Source: Octopus bimaculoides
Lineage: Eukaryota
Assembly: GCF_001194135.2 (NCBI RefSeq)
Contig: NC_068991.1
Coordinates: forward strand, 80,538,877 to 80,597,657
Reading direction: 5' to 3'
DNA: 58,781 nt
The first letter of the stretch is position 1. Each line of letters opens with the position of its first letter. Under the pieces are notes generated by a model. That model did no database searches, was not told the DNA's origin, and saw only the letters and a program-made list of their open reading frames with translations. The position numbers were made by a program, and so were the translations under genes. Of the stretch, positions 36,531-50,963 are shown one piece after another.

Positions 36531-36776
36531 CAGGGTGGGCCAAAAGCAGGTAAACACTTTTAAAATTAACTTATTCGATTTTTACAGGTACCGTGAATAA
36601 TGTGCTGTGTGTTACAGTGTTCTGGGACGTTTGAGGAATGTTCCTATGTTGAAGGAGGACATTTTGACCATTTACGAGATTAAACTGTGTTTCATAAATG
36701 TAATTAGAATAAATGATTGTAAAAGTAATAAAATGAAAAATATTTCAAAGTGTATAGCTACTTTTGGCTCACCCTG
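36531..36776. mobile_element. Tc1/mariner-type MITE
   Basis: TA|CAGGGTGGGCCAAAAG ... CTTTTGGCTCACCCTG|TA, i.e. TIRs with a TA TSD. Confidence 0.88.
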
Positions 36777-38379
36777 TATATATTTATATATATATGTACA
36801 TATATGATTTGGGGTTTAGCCCTTCTAAGCAGCATCTTGATCTGACCAATAGCAGAGATTTGACTGTTATTTCTAGCAGACTGAACAACTGCAAAGATGC
36901 TGACTTGTGATGATGATGATGATGATATTGTGGGTGATGCTGGTAGTAGTGGTAACAGTTGCCGGGTGTATTGATGATGATGATGACAATTGTAATGAAG
37001 ATGACAGGGTAGTGATGTCACAGGTATTTGCACCCTGCCAAAACGTTCCTTGTGCTTGCTGTGCACCTTACCCCCACCCCACAAAGTATAATGTAACACA
37101 TATATTAAATACCACCCCACCACCACAACAACAACAACAACAATGCCATCTGGTGTGGAGCACACCCCTCCTCCCCACTAATGCAACAGAGACGTTGATG
37201 AAACAGTTTCTAATTAGAATCACACAAACAGATGGAATGGTAAATGATAGCCTTCTCTGATTCTGAAACAGACATCCAACAGGTACTGCATGTTTAACCC
37301 TGAGTCGATCTTGATCACGTAGATCTAGGCTCAAAGACAATCTATTCATGACCACTCTATCTTATATTTAAGATTTTTCTACTTTGTAGATTTTTTTATA
37401 GATGGCAGTATGAAGGTAATGGGAGGTTTGACTGCTATTTCTAGCACGTTGAATAACCATATAGAGGTGTCTTTGTTGGGTAAACTCATTGTGCGTGCGT
37501 GCGTGTGCGATAAATTTAATGCGACAGAATGATGGATTTCTGCCCCAAACTATCCTTTCCTTTGATTCTCACAACTATCTGATCTTATGTGATCTCTCTT
37601 CTCAGTTATCAAACTCATTCATATTATGTCCACCATCTTTCAGGCCGCATATAAACCATTTTAGCCAGTTCTTCTCCTCTCCAATTTTCCTGAAGTCTTC
37701 AACTTAATGAATTCCTTTCTGTTGGAGGTATTTAGGCTAAGCTTTTGATTTCCGGGTGCTTACTGTCACCTCTTTCCTTTCTCCTTCCCATCCTTGTAAT
37801 GGACTGAAGCCACTACCCTTCTCTTCTGAATAAGCAACAGAAAAGCTAAAAGAAATCTTATTACTGCTGAGACAGATTCTCTGCAAGTGTGATAGCCTTC
37901 CTGTTGCCAACCATGTCCAAGCTCCTTCCAATATCCTCACAGCTGGAGCCAATGGAAGGGAGGATTAACCCATCCTATCTGCTGCACAGACAAATTTTTT
38001 AGTTTTTTACAAAACTAACCGTGAAGTATTTCTTCCTCCAGTTGTAGAGAGGCTGTGTGTCTTCAGCTATTTCTGTCTGATGAGTCCCTTATATTTCTAA
38101 ATGTTTCATGGTTATGAAACCAATGGTCACTTGATGATCAGCCATAACATTTAACTTCCTAAAAAAATATGTTACTGTTTTAATGCTTTAGTGTCTGCTT
38201 CTTTTTCAGATATAGAAACTACTCTCTCTCTCTGGCCAGGTAACCATGTACCTCCTCTATAGCAAGACACCTGTTTCTGCTTCTATGCCTCTCTGTCACA
38301 TTCTAACCCTTCCTCATCTGACACAAGATCCCCTCCTTCAATACCTCCTCTTCTCTCAAAAACTCCTTGTCTTGCAAGT

Positions 38380-38700
38380 TGCTTGGTGACCATGCTGGTG
38401 CCACATAGAAAGTATCCTGTCCACATTAGGAAGTGGTTAGCATTTGGAAGAGCATCCAGCTGTAAAAACCATACCAAAATTGACCTTGCCTGTGCTGGTG
38501 CCACATGAACAGCATTCAATCCACTCTGAAGGGTGGTGATTGCTGTTAGGAAGGGCATCCAGCCATAAAAACCCTGCCAAAACAGACACAGTAGCCTGGG
38601 GCAGTCTTCTACCTGGCCAGTTCCTGTTAAACTGTCCAACCCATGCATGCATGGAAGGTGGACTAATGGTCATCATCATCATCATCATCATCATCATATA
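38380..38700 (+). mobile_element. RTE-tail SINE / LINE 3'UTR remnant
   Basis: GTTAGGAAGGGCATCCAGCCATAAAAACCCTGCC...AACCCATGCATGCATGGAA as in the RTE 3'UTR at 55584-55915. Confidence 0.7.
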
Positions 38701-41700
38701 TGTATGTATGTAAGTATATATATTCATGCCTGTATATGTAAATATATATGTGTGTGTGTGTGAGTCACTAATATAGAACATAACTGCAAATATGAATAAA
38801 TCTATCAACAGACACAGTTCCACCAACAAATACATTAAAAATACAACATGATGAACTGTGAAAGAAAACATATTACATAAATACAGACAGCAACATGTAC
38901 ACATGTATCTACACACACACACATAGATACAGGCAAGTACTCACAAATAACAAATTCACACCTACGCAGACAATAGATATTCGCACTTATGCAGAGAACA
39001 TAGAATTTCTTCGATGATGCAAGCAGGCTGTTGCTACTTTTGATAATTGTCTTTGTTGACGATTATTATTATTATTATTATTATTACTACTACTACGACA
39101 AACAGCTGCACACGTCACGTGAGCAGAATAAGAAATAATGAGCAATTATATCAATTGCTATTTGCTGTAGGTGAGAGATATAGTGAAGTCAGAGTGTAAT
39201 CCTTAAAAGCCCACCCTGATTGAGGTGGAAGAACGTCTTTATATGAGAAGATCTACTTCCTTCAAATGGGTTCTGACCCAAAATGGGGTCTGGTAAATTG
39301 AGAAAGGCTCACAAAGATATGATTTTTGCATTTGAAATGTCTGATGAAATGTAAAATTTCCATGGTTACGTTATACAATTAATCATTTGGACTTCATTGC
39401 AAGGTTTCTGGCAAAACAAATACTGAGAAATATTTCATATTTTTGTTTTGCCTTTGTTTTTTTTTAGGTTTCATTTTATTAAAATATTCAAAAAAAGGTT
39501 TATAGTTCACAGACTGTGGTAAGAATTTTAGTTTGCAATGCATGGCTTGGGTCCAGTTAGCACTACTCCACATAGCACTGTCCCCTTCTTGGGCTCACAT
39601 CTCCTGATCCACAGCCATCTCATGACAACCTCTGCTGTCTCTACCACCAGCTTAGTTTCAAGTTTAATTTTAAAATGTAACACCTTAGGGGCCTGTTACT
39701 ATAACCATGAGTTGCTTAATATACTGCAAGTAAAATTTCAATAAGGAAACTGTACTGAAGTCTATTATGTGTGTGTGTGTGTGTGTGTAAGCATGTATTT
39801 TTGAATTTCTGCTTCTTAAAGAGTAGTGACAACACATAGTCATAAATAATAAGTGTGGCAACACCACAGTGAGGCATGCAAAGTAGTGGGAATGTAATAA
39901 AGTACTTTGGTTGGGGGGTGGATGGGCATTTAATGATTGGAATCAGAAAGGCCATTAGGCTATACACAGCATCAATAAGGACTGATTTTGCCCAGAACAA
40001 CATCCTGACCCACCCTTCAGTCAGTCTCTTCACTGACCCCTATAGTCTTTCATGTTTTCTAATCCTCACTTTTATTCAAACAATTTCTAATCAATAACAA
40101 CAAACAGAACGGAAGGGAGCTCCATTGGTCACGGTCGTTCATACATCTACTCATATATACCCACAGGCCTGGTCTAGACTTTTTGAGGAAGACTGACCGT
40201 TGTCCATGCATGCAAGTCACCTCACACCATAATTCTGATGTTTATCCAAGAGAGAAGCTGTTGACTTGGATCCATACAGCTTGGCATCAATGCCATTGCA
40301 AGTGTTGCCATCAGAACAGATACCACAAGGCATTTTGTCTGACCCTTTAACAGTTCCAACCGATTTGCATTGATAATTATATTTTATCAACCTTCATCGG
40401 ATGAAAAGCAAAGTTGGCCTTGGCAGGATTTGAACTCAGAACAAATACCACAAGACATTCTGTCCAATATTGCAATGACTCTGCTAATTTGTTGTTCTCA
40501 AAATGAAAGAAATAGGGCCCAGTTTTAACAGCCACATGATAAGACAGACACCTTATTTCCCTTCACCTGCATCTTATTGAACCAGTGATTTATAAATTCA
40601 ACCCCAGTAAACTAATGTGTTTTATAAAGGGGTAACTCGAAGTGCTGCTTGTTTTAAAGGAGGTGATTGGTGAGATCACCACCTTTTAAATATGAATGTC
40701 ACATGATTACAGGCCTAAGCTTGATCAACCTAAGTCAAGCAACTTGGAAGTGGGTGTATGGTGTAAGACCCAAAACACCCAGTAACACCCGGATGCAGTG
40801 CTGATGATGTTCACATGCATTTGTAGATGTCAAAGTTGAATGAAAGCTTTTGCAAATCTATTTTAATGCTTCAGTATTTTGAAGAAAACAGTTTAACACA
40901 AAACTTATAAATAAAACGTTATCATTGTCGTCGTCATCATCGTCATCATTTAACGTCCATCTTTGGTGAGTTTGACAAGATCTGATGAATCAGACGGTTG
41001 CATCAAGCTTCAGTGTCTACTTTGGCATGGTTTCTGTGGCTGGATGCTTCTCCTAACACTAATTTACAGAGTGCACCGGGTATCTTTTTGCACGTGTGTG
41101 GAACTAGTGAAGTCCTAACGAAGATTGCCTTGCAGCTTGCAAGGCTAAGGACCAGAGGTAAGGACCTGCAAAGTTAAGGACCAGAGTGGTCACTACAATT
41201 GAGGGAGAATGGAAGAAAGAGTGGTGGTTTTAGATGAGAAGATGGAGACTAGAGTTAAGATGAAAACAGCTTTATAGCTGTGATAAGATGATAGTAAAGA
41301 GAGCAGACACTAACTGATGCATGGAATTAGTCAAAGGGAAAAGATGGAGAGGGGATTCTAAATGTTTAATTTTAAACAATATCTTTGGAGCATTCTTTTT
41401 TCTTTACTGTTCATATGATGTACACTAGTAATTTGTAGTCCATCTTTTTATGAGTCGTTTGTGTGAGTCATTCACCATCATCATCATTTTGATGTTCACT
41501 TTTCCATGCTTACATAGGTTGCACAGAATTTATTGAGACAAAGCTTCTACAGTTGGATGCCCTTCCTGTCACCAACCCTCACCTGTTTCTAAACAAGGTG
41601 ATATACCTCCCTGCTAAGACATGTTTCCACAGAAGACTGGAAATGAATGGCACAACTTGTATGACAGTGACACTCATTTACAGCTGTCATGCCATGGCAA

Positions 41701-42699
41701 GACAAGAAAGCACAAAGATACACACACATACACACACTCATATGGTATGTATGCATGTATGGTAACCTCACTTGTGCCAGTACCACATAAAAAAAACAGT
41801 CAGTATACTGTGAAATGGTTGGCATTTCGAAGTGGATCCAGCAGGCATTGGAGTTTGGTGCAGTCCTCCACCTCCATGTTGGTTCCTGTCAAACTGTTCA
41901 ACCCATATCAGCCTGGAAAACATTCTTAACTACACAGCTCTGTTTTCACCTATATCACTAAATTTATAAATTCATATCATGTTTTTATACGTGTGTTTGC
42001 CCATGTGATTCTGTTATAAAGTTTCAGCATCTTCATATACACACATATCTAGATCAGGTTTTTCTTTATTACTCTGTCAACTCTTTCACTTCTCTATTTA
42101 TTTAACTTTCTATTGTTTGCTTCTACATTTTCAAAGTATCCTGTTTTACCAAAGTGAGATACAATAAGGATTCTTACAAAACTGCTGTTTTGCAGCTTCT
42201 GTTTAGATTTATGAGTGAAAGCTGAACCTACCTTGCATTATGCATTTCAAGAGCTTCATTTATGATTGATCGAAGAATCTTTGTACAGCTTGGCTTAATG
42301 GCGTCTGTAAAGTTATCACTGGTTGGACTAATGACGTGTTTATGTATGTGTGTTTGTGTATATATGAGTATGTAACATATGTAATATGTCTATGTTTGTA
42401 TATATCTATATATATATATATATATCATATATATAATTTGATATATACATATATATGTGTATGTGTGCCTGTGACATCATCATTTACTGTCCACTTTTTA
42501 CACTTGCATGGGTCGGAATATGTTGAGGCAAATTTTCTACAACCAGATGCCTTTCCTGTCATCAACCCTCACCTGTTTCCTGGAAAGATAACATTTCCTG
42601 TGTCAATCCAAGATTTTCATGTGTATATAAAGAAAGAGACAGACGACAAACAGACGAACATTTGCTGAGTCACAAGGAAGAGGGAATACCCATGACCTT

Positions 42700-43090
42700 T
42701 GCTGGTCAACCGAGACCAGTCAGCTGGGCATTGTGGGATACGGCAACAAGTAGATTATTGTTCATTAATGTATGGAAGGAAGACAGTTTGACCCAAAACT
42801 GGACCCTAGGGAATGCCAGGGTTGACTGAGAACAGGACAGAAACAGCTATGTCAACACATGCTGTGATGATGGCAATCCGATTGGATGCTACCAATCCAA
42901 GGGATTTCTAGTGATTGCTGGATTATTCTTGTTCAAACCAGAACAAACAGCAAAAAACAGGTTCAGTTTCTTGGTGAGGAATCATTGGCAGGTGAATTAA
43001 TGGACATTGTCTGCTTCCAAAACAATTCCTTTCATGAGAGTCTTGACCAACATGAAGGATATTGATGTTGCTATGGTTAATGACATTTAG
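42700..43090 (-). mobile_element. CR1/L2-like reverse transcriptase remnant
   Basis: VNPGIP*GPVLGQTVFLPYINE corresponds to [22 protein letters not shown]. Confidence 0.75.
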
Positions 43091-43577
43091 ACACGGACGT
43101 GGGGGGTCTCTATGTGTGGGTAAGTGATTGTATCCTGTAACAGAGCTCGTAGTAACAGACAGAAGGAGGAGGAAGAGAAAGAGAAAAAGAAAGGGTGGTG
43201 GTGGTGACGATGATGATGACAATAACAAGGCGGCAGTGTTGGTAGTGGCAGTAATAGTGATGATGATGATGATGAATTGTGTAACCCTTCCCACTGATCT
43301 TAATATGATGACATAAAATGCAAAACGGCAACAACAACAACAACAAAAACATGAAGGAAAATATAATTTTAGTAAAGATTATGAAAAGCTGAGATAAGTG
43401 TAATATCATTTAGTCACTTAATCCTTTTCCCTCAATCATATTAGCTTCATTATCATAAGGTTCTTATTGACCAGTCTTAACTTTGTCCCAGTGATTAGCA
43501 AAAATATCTTTCTATCTACTTATTACATGATTAACTAGTTGTATGCTCCACATAAAATAAACACTCACACACATGTG

Positions 43578-43627
<50 letters not shown>

Positions 43628-44374
43628 TAATTATTTGATGTGTGTGTGTAGATTTATATATAATGGCTGCAACTTGATTTTGAATAATACCCTTATTCGA
43701 TTGTTCTCTTCACACATGAGCAGCAAGAAAGTGGTTTTCCACTTCTGATAAGGACTTACATTCTATTGCACACAGGTGGCAATGATGGACACCCCTTGCA
43801 GCAGGTGTTCAGAAAGCTCACCACACATATCCTCATGTGCCTTTATTCCATCATGGACATCTTCATTGAATGCTTTGTTTTTTGGGTGGGGTTTCTTTTT
43901 CAGCAATGGGCAGCCATAGTATTCATTACATAGTAGAGATGTTAAGAATCAAGTGGTGCCTGAAGCTATTTAAAGAAAAGAAAGCCCTTGCACAGAGGGT
44001 CACTTGCCGTCTGTAAAGAATGTATGCATTTGTCCAAAATGAAGAACTAGTCTACATCATTAACATCTGCAACTTTGTTTGTAGCCAATCAGAGTTTTCC
44101 TTCTCTTAGAGAAATGTCTAAACCAGACAAGGACTCTCTCCCTCCCACCTCTTGGATGGCCATTAACTTTACTAAATTTATTTGTCCTTTCACTGGTTTT
44201 GTTTTTCTTTTTATACTGCATGGTATTCTGTGAAAAGCACAATCTATAACATTCAAGCTTGCTATGGAACTGTTTTAGTCCATTTTAGTCACCAAAGACC
44301 TGACCATGAGACCATGCAACAGATTGTACTGGATGATATGTTGCAGTAGCCCTTTTGCATACACACATATACCC

Positions 44375-44540
44375 ATCATCATCATCGTTTAACGTCCACT
44401 TTCCATGCTAGCATGGGTTGGACGATTTGACTGAGGACTGGTGAAACCAGAGGGCTACACCAGGCTCCAATCTGATTTGGCAGAGTTTCTACAGCTGGAT
44501 GCCCTTCCTAACACCAACCACTCTGAGAGTGTAGTGGGTG
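44375..44540 (-). mobile_element. RTE LINE 3'UTR with (GAT)n tail
   Basis: Near-identical reverse complement of 55740-55915. Confidence 0.9.
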
Positions 44541-44544
44541 CTTT

Positions 44545-44665
44545 TACATGCCACCGGCACAAATGTATATGTATGTATGTACATACATACAAAAATACAT
44601 ATGTATGTATATATACATACATATGTATGTATATGTATGCATATATGCATGTTTTTGTTTGTGTG

Positions 44666-44701
<36 letters not shown>

Positions 44702-45035
44702 TGTATGTATGTATGTACATATATATGTATTATGTATGTGTGTACGTATATATGTATATATATATGTATGTACGTATGTATGTACATATATATGTATGTA
44801 CGTATGTATGTACATATATATGTATTATGTATGTATGTACATATATATGTATATATATGTATGTATGTATGTACATATATATGTATATATATGTATGTAT
44901 GTATGTACATATATATGTATATATATGTATGTATGTATGTACATATATATGTATATATATGTATGTATGTATGTATATATATGTATGTATGTATGTATGT
45001 ATATATGTATTTATAATTGTATATGGATATGTATG
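44545..45035. repeat. compound (TATG)/(TA) satellite with about 30-bp higher-order units
   Basis: Recurrent GTATGTATGTACATATATATGTATATATAT. Confidence 0.9.
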
Positions 45036-45099
45036 TATCTCATAATCTTCCTCATCATCATCGTTTTAATGATCACTTTTCCATGCTTGCGTAGGTCAT

Positions 45100-45960
45100 C
45101 TATGAAGCGCCGGTCGCAATGTCTGCACATCATCAACCACGGCATGCCTAGACCTCCATTTAGTGGGTGTTGACAGCAAATGGATCATTTAACCATCGGA
45201 ACGCTTCCCTTCCACAAGAAGCGGAAGTGTATGCGTTCCAGTCTGGTGACGGTAAAGTCGGGACAAGGCACGATGGTCAGACGGTAATCGATGATGAATG
45301 TGATGTACATGTTTGCCACCTCCACCCAACTTTTAGGGATAGCTTCCTCTCAGACAATTACTGGGCAAGAGTAGCCACCCTAGTTGCTATTTTGCCCCAG
45401 TTCTTCTCCATTTGGCGGTCCAGACAAAACCATACTCTGAACACTTTAACCAGTCCGTCAGTCCAGTGTCCCACGATGGAGATGCTATTGGACAGCATGG
45501 GCTTGCTTCTCCAGGTGCCGAGCCGCAAGCCCACTGACTTTTCCCGGTTAATTTTTGCTCCCGTACCGCTTCGTATTCTTTTAGTGTCTCGCCGACCAGG
45601 TCGATGTGCTTGTAGCATCACTATGACAATGATGTTGTCAGCGTATGCAGACATGCTCCTCCAACATCCCAGCTCTCATGGGATGCCCCTCAGCGTCACC
45701 AGCTTCTGCAGTAGTGGCTCAAGCGTCAATATATACAGAAGCAACGAGAGGGGGCATCCTTGACGAACCGAATGCATGATGTTAAATGGTCTGGATAAAT
45801 GACCATTTACGCGAACTACCGAGCGATGCCGCTGTATAAGGAAGCATTCCAACCGCGGAAGATGGGACCGAAACCAGCCGCTTCAAGGACAGTTTCCAAG
45901 TAGTGATGGTCTACCTCACCGAAAGGTTTTGATTGATCCAAATTGATCAGCACCCCACAA
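45100..45960 (-). mobile_element. Tx1/L1-clade LINE reverse transcriptase fragment
   Basis: LINLDQSKPFGEVDHHYLETVLEAAGFGPIF, VRQGCPLSLLLYILTLEPLL, AYADNIIV and GAKINREKSVGLRLGTW. Confidence 0.92.
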
Positions 45961-46187
45961 TTTCCAGACAGAATTAAAAACCATTTTTTCACAAAATATC
46001 CCATAAAAAACAACAAAAAAAAAATTAAAGAAATAATAAAGGTAGCTCTAACTGACTCTCTGAAGTTTCTAGAATTAAGACTTGTGATAGCATTTATCAA
46101 AAATAACCTGACCTTCATTTAGTGCCAAACTCCTTCAAGTTGGTATTAATTACTTAAGATCTTTTGTCAAATATTCCCTGATAATTA

Positions 46188-46307
<120 letters not shown>

Positions 46308-47329
46308 GGTGACTGAAAAGTCTCTTTAACATTAATATAAACTTAGAACTGAGGTCTGTTGAGCTTTTCAATGTACATCCTCGTCTTCCTCCCTCTCTCT
46401 CCATCCCTACCTCACACCTCCCTCATCACAACCTTCACCCACCCCTGCTGCATTAATTATTCCCCACCGCATTCCAATCCCTCATCCACTATTTATAACT
46501 ACGATTCCAGGACAGGGACTCAATTGGCCTTCCAATCATTCTACCAGAGTCACCAGATGACTCCATGCAATATTTTTCTTTTTTATCTTTTAGTCAGGAT
46601 GGAAGGTAGTGCCACAGAGCCTTGAAGACTGGGGGTGGGGGAAGAATGAAGAAGATATTCTCAAACCAGAGGCCTGGTCTGATTGCCAGCACCAGAGTGG
46701 ACTCTGCAAATCTACCCAGGGTACCATGTGGTGGTGTTAATTTAGTAGGGCATTGCAAGATTTGAACACAGGATGCAAAGAGCTAAGGCAAACACCACAA
46801 AGCATCTGGTCAGACATTGTTCTGCCAATCCACAGCCTTGGATTGTGTTAAAGTTGACTTCAGTCGGACTTGCACTCAAATGCCACAAACCATTCTGTGC
46901 AACACCTTAACGATGCTGTCAATTTAATATGTGAATTAAATGAACCCCATTCACCATTATTGAACAGGATTATCATTATGTTGTGACATTTTTCTGAAAT
47001 ATCATCATCATCATCATCAACATCTTCAGCTGCAGCAACAACATTTAACGTCTCTTTTCCATGCTGGCATGGGTTGGACAGCTTGATAGGAGCTGGAAAG
47101 CCAAGGGAACTGCATGAAGATGTATTGCTTGCTTTGGTATGGTTTCTATGATGGAGTGCCCTTCCTAATGCTAACTCCTTTTACAGGGTGTACAAAGGGT
47201 GCATTCCACATGTCATTGGGTTCTTAGTTTTCTGAAATATATAAACAATAAATACATGAAAAGATATTCAAAAGCAAAAAAAAACAAACAAAAAGAGCAT
47301 TTTATATATGATTGAGACATGAGTATAGT

Positions 47330-47468
47330 GAGATGCTGGCATAGCTATATGGTAAAGAGGCTCACTTGGCAGCCCTGTGGTTTTAGGTTCAGCCCCACTG
47401 TACGGCACCTGTGACAAGTGTCTACTACTATGGCCTTGAACCAGGAACCGAAACTGAAAAGAAGCCTG

Positions 47469-47506
<38 letters not shown>

Positions 47507-47560
47507 ATGGGCGTGTAAGTGCCTTTTGTCTTGACATCATGTGGAATTGTAAATGAGCAT
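47330..47560 (+). mobile_element. CORE-type SINE
   Basis: GGTTCAGCCCCACTGTACGGCACCTGTGACAAGTGTCTACTACTATGGCC...GAAACTGAAAAGAAGCC(TG)n. Confidence 0.85.
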
Positions 47561-49229
47561 CCCTGTCATACCAGCAGAGGAGGAGGACTTCACAAATCCA
47601 CAATGTCCCCAGCACAAAGTCAGGTACCTTCTTTCAGCTGTTGTTTTCCTGTCAACTGTTTCCCCAGACTTGAAGCATTTCTACTCATATCATTTTCATT
47701 ACTTTCACCCACTTTCCAACAATTTTACTGGGAACAAGAACTTCCCTTTTTTTCTCTCAACTTCCTTCTCAAAATCAATTTCATGTGAAACGCCATTTTC
47801 TTTCTTTTAATTCGTTCTCATAAGGTTCTCTTATCTGCTACCCTTGTGACAAAATATAGAAATTATCATCGTCATCACCATCATCATAGCTATCATTATC
47901 ACAGCCATCATCATCATCATCATCCTTATTATTGTCATCATCCTCATCATCCTCCTCATCATCATCATCATCATCAATGCTATTATTATTGCTAAGGCAG
48001 CAAAGTTTGTAGCATCGTCCCAATGTCAGACAAAATGCTTTGTGGCATTTCTTTTCACACTTTATGTTCTGCACTGAAATCTTACTGAGGTCAAATTCAC
48101 TCAGTCATTGTAAAACACCACCACCACCACCACCACTACTACTATTACTATCACCACACTGTATATCTCATAATGCTCTGGAATGTTCTGCTGGGTGGCC
48201 ACCACTACTTTTGAGATACAAGATTACTGCATCTGGATCAGTGTTTATTAACCATCTTTTTCTCTATTTCTTTTCTTATCCACAGCACAGTCCTAACCCT
48301 ACACCACTCTACTATATACATGAGGAAACAAAAATTGCCTTATATAAGACATAGTTTACTGCATGATATTAATAGCTTGGCTCACCAAATCCCATTCACT
48401 CACAAAAGCAAGTACGATCTGGTAGCTTAAACCATGGGTTTTGGTTAATCCTTTTACTTGTCTATGTTATCACAAACTGACATAGATACCTTCTCAGCAC
48501 TCCTACTCTTCATGCGACCGAACATCAAGGATGTGATTGATGGATGGAGGCAGGGCTACACCAGCAGTTGTCTCATCCTCATTTTCAGCTGAGTAGACTA
48601 GAGTTATGGGAAATGAAGAACCTTGCTCAAGGACACAATGTGATGTTCATTTCAAGAATCAAACCTGCAATTTTATGATCCTGAACATTTCTGCCAGCTC
48701 ACCGCCTTGCGTTAAGTTTAATATTAACCATAAAGTGCTTAGCAGCTGAATGAAGGGCAGACAATAACGGTGACCCAACTGAATTGATGTGTGTGTATGT
48801 AAGAATGGTGTGTGTATGTGTGAATGGGAGTGAGCATGCATGAATGTATGTGTGAGTGAGCATAAGACTGTGAACCTGTGTGTGCATATGGAAGCATGTG
48901 TGAGTATGTATATAAGTAAACCAATGCATGCATTGTGTGGAGTGATGTGTGTTCCGTGTATTTGTGTGTGTGTGAGGTTGTGTATAGTATATGCATGTGA
49001 GGCTATCAGGTGTGTGTGTACAAACACTTGTGTGTAGCAGTTAATGTGTGCTTGTTTGAGTAGTGTGTGTACATGCGTGTCTGTGTGTGTATGTGTGCAT
49101 GTGTGTGTTAGTGGATGAAGTATGTATGTGTATGTGCAAAAGTTGGGTGTGTGTGTTTTTGCGTGTTGTGTGTGTTTTTATTGTGTGTTGTGTTGGAAGT
49201 ATCCCACCTGCAAGGGATCCATGCTAGAT

Positions 49230-49556
49230 GGGTTGAAACGATTGTAGTGGTCAAGAAAGATTCTCGTCTCTTCTGTGACGCAGACCTTTGGTGATGTGCT
49301 GTGCTTGAGAAGACTCATCAAACCAAGTGAAACCATAGATGTGGCTGATGGCAGTGTCATATAACTGACACCCATGCGGTGTCACATAAAAAGCACCCAT
49401 CACACTCTTGCAGTGGTTGCCGTTAGGAAGGGCATCCAGCTATAGAAACCATGCCGAATCAGATTGGAACCTGGTGCAACAGCTCACCAGTTTCAATCAA
49501 ACTGTCTGACCCATGTCAGCATAGAAAGCAGGCGCTAAATGATGATGATGATGATG
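49230..49556 (+). mobile_element. RTE-tail SINE
   Basis: GTTAGGAAGGGCATCCAGCTATAGAAACCATGCC...GCATAGAAAGCAGGCGCTAAATGATGATGATG. Confidence 0.75.
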
Positions 49557-50583
49557 CATGTATTTATATGTAAAGCCATCCTTGGCATTAGAAAGAGCAT
49601 CCTTGATGTTAAAAAGGGCATCCAGTCATAAGAAACCATGCCAAAACAGACCTTAGAACTGAACACAGCCCTCCAGCTCTTCAGATCCTGTCAAACTGCC
49701 CAAACCATTCCAGCCTGGAAAACAGACGTTAAATAATGAAGATGACAATGTATTCATGGCGATGTGTGTTTGTGTCTCTTTATGACAACAAAGGAGAGGT
49801 ACCGATTAGAGTGACAGCCATACAAGTCTGACCAAAGAAATATCTGCCTTGATGTATTCTGTCTGACCCATGTAATCGTGGAAAAGTGACCGTTAAAATA
49901 ATGATGATGTTGACAATGATGATGATGATGATGATGATGACGACGACAACAATGAATGTAAAAAGCTTGAACAAATACCTCCAGGTATTCCGTCTGATCC
50001 TGTAATGAGTCAAGACTGAATCAACCACAAAGTAATTTCCATATCAGAATCATCAAATTTCGCCCCACCCCTTCCCACAGGGGAGCGTATTTTCCCCCAT
50101 ATTAAGAATTACTGATCTGAATTGATTGGGAATTCTCAATAACCAAAAAGTTACATCATCATCATCATCATCAACATTAACAACATCTATTTTAGAAATT
50201 ACTTTGAAATGTCAAACAGCTGTTGTTATTAAAAAATTATTTTACTGAAAAGTCACTTCAGTCCAATATTTCCTCCTCTTGGAATACAAATTACTGTTGT
50301 TGTTATTTTTGCTGACTGTTATTCGGTTGATTCTCTTGTTATTGTTGCTGTTGTTGTTGGTGGTGGCGGTGGCGGTGGGGGTGCTTTTCTCCCTGTCATT
50401 TCTTCCTATTTCGATTATCACCACAACACTCTTTAGTTTTGTCTTTACTTTATCAACTCAGTGTTGCATTGTTTGTCGTAGATATTCAGTTTCTGGTTTT
50501 TCTGCAATAATATTCTCCTTCCTCGTATTAAACTTTCAAGCATACACACAAGGACATGTATACACACACACACACACACACGC

Positions 50584-50616
<33 letters not shown>

Positions 50617-50855
50617 CATATATCTCTATACGCATGTGCTGGATGTATGTGTGTTTTATTTCTTTCCTCTCTGCAAATCTTCATTGAATGTTATTACAGT
50701 TCCACCCACCTCTCCCAACTTTTCTTTCCTCTTCCTCTCAAACGTTCTTTGATTGCAAAGATTCTCAGAATGATGTGATACCAAAAAAATATTTGTACAA
50801 CATTACTATCTTTGGTCAGTCTTATATGTAATTACTTTCATGGCACTTTTTTTAA

Positions 50856-50891
<36 letters not shown>

Positions 50892-50926
50892 ATTTTCCAG
50901 AGAATATGAAAATTTAAAAGTTAAAA

Positions 50927-50963
<37 letters not shown>

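Noticed and set aside
44441-45173. Long Met/Tyr/Val/Cys ORFs (also at 7.1-7.4, 16.7-17.1, 25.6-26.4 and 48.6-49.0 kb)
   Set aside because: Translations of (TA)n, (TG)n and (TATG)n repeats or reads through N-gaps.
47553-47810. Exon AEEEDFTNPQCPQHKVR
   Set aside because: Starts within a SINE end, has a weak donor and no homology.
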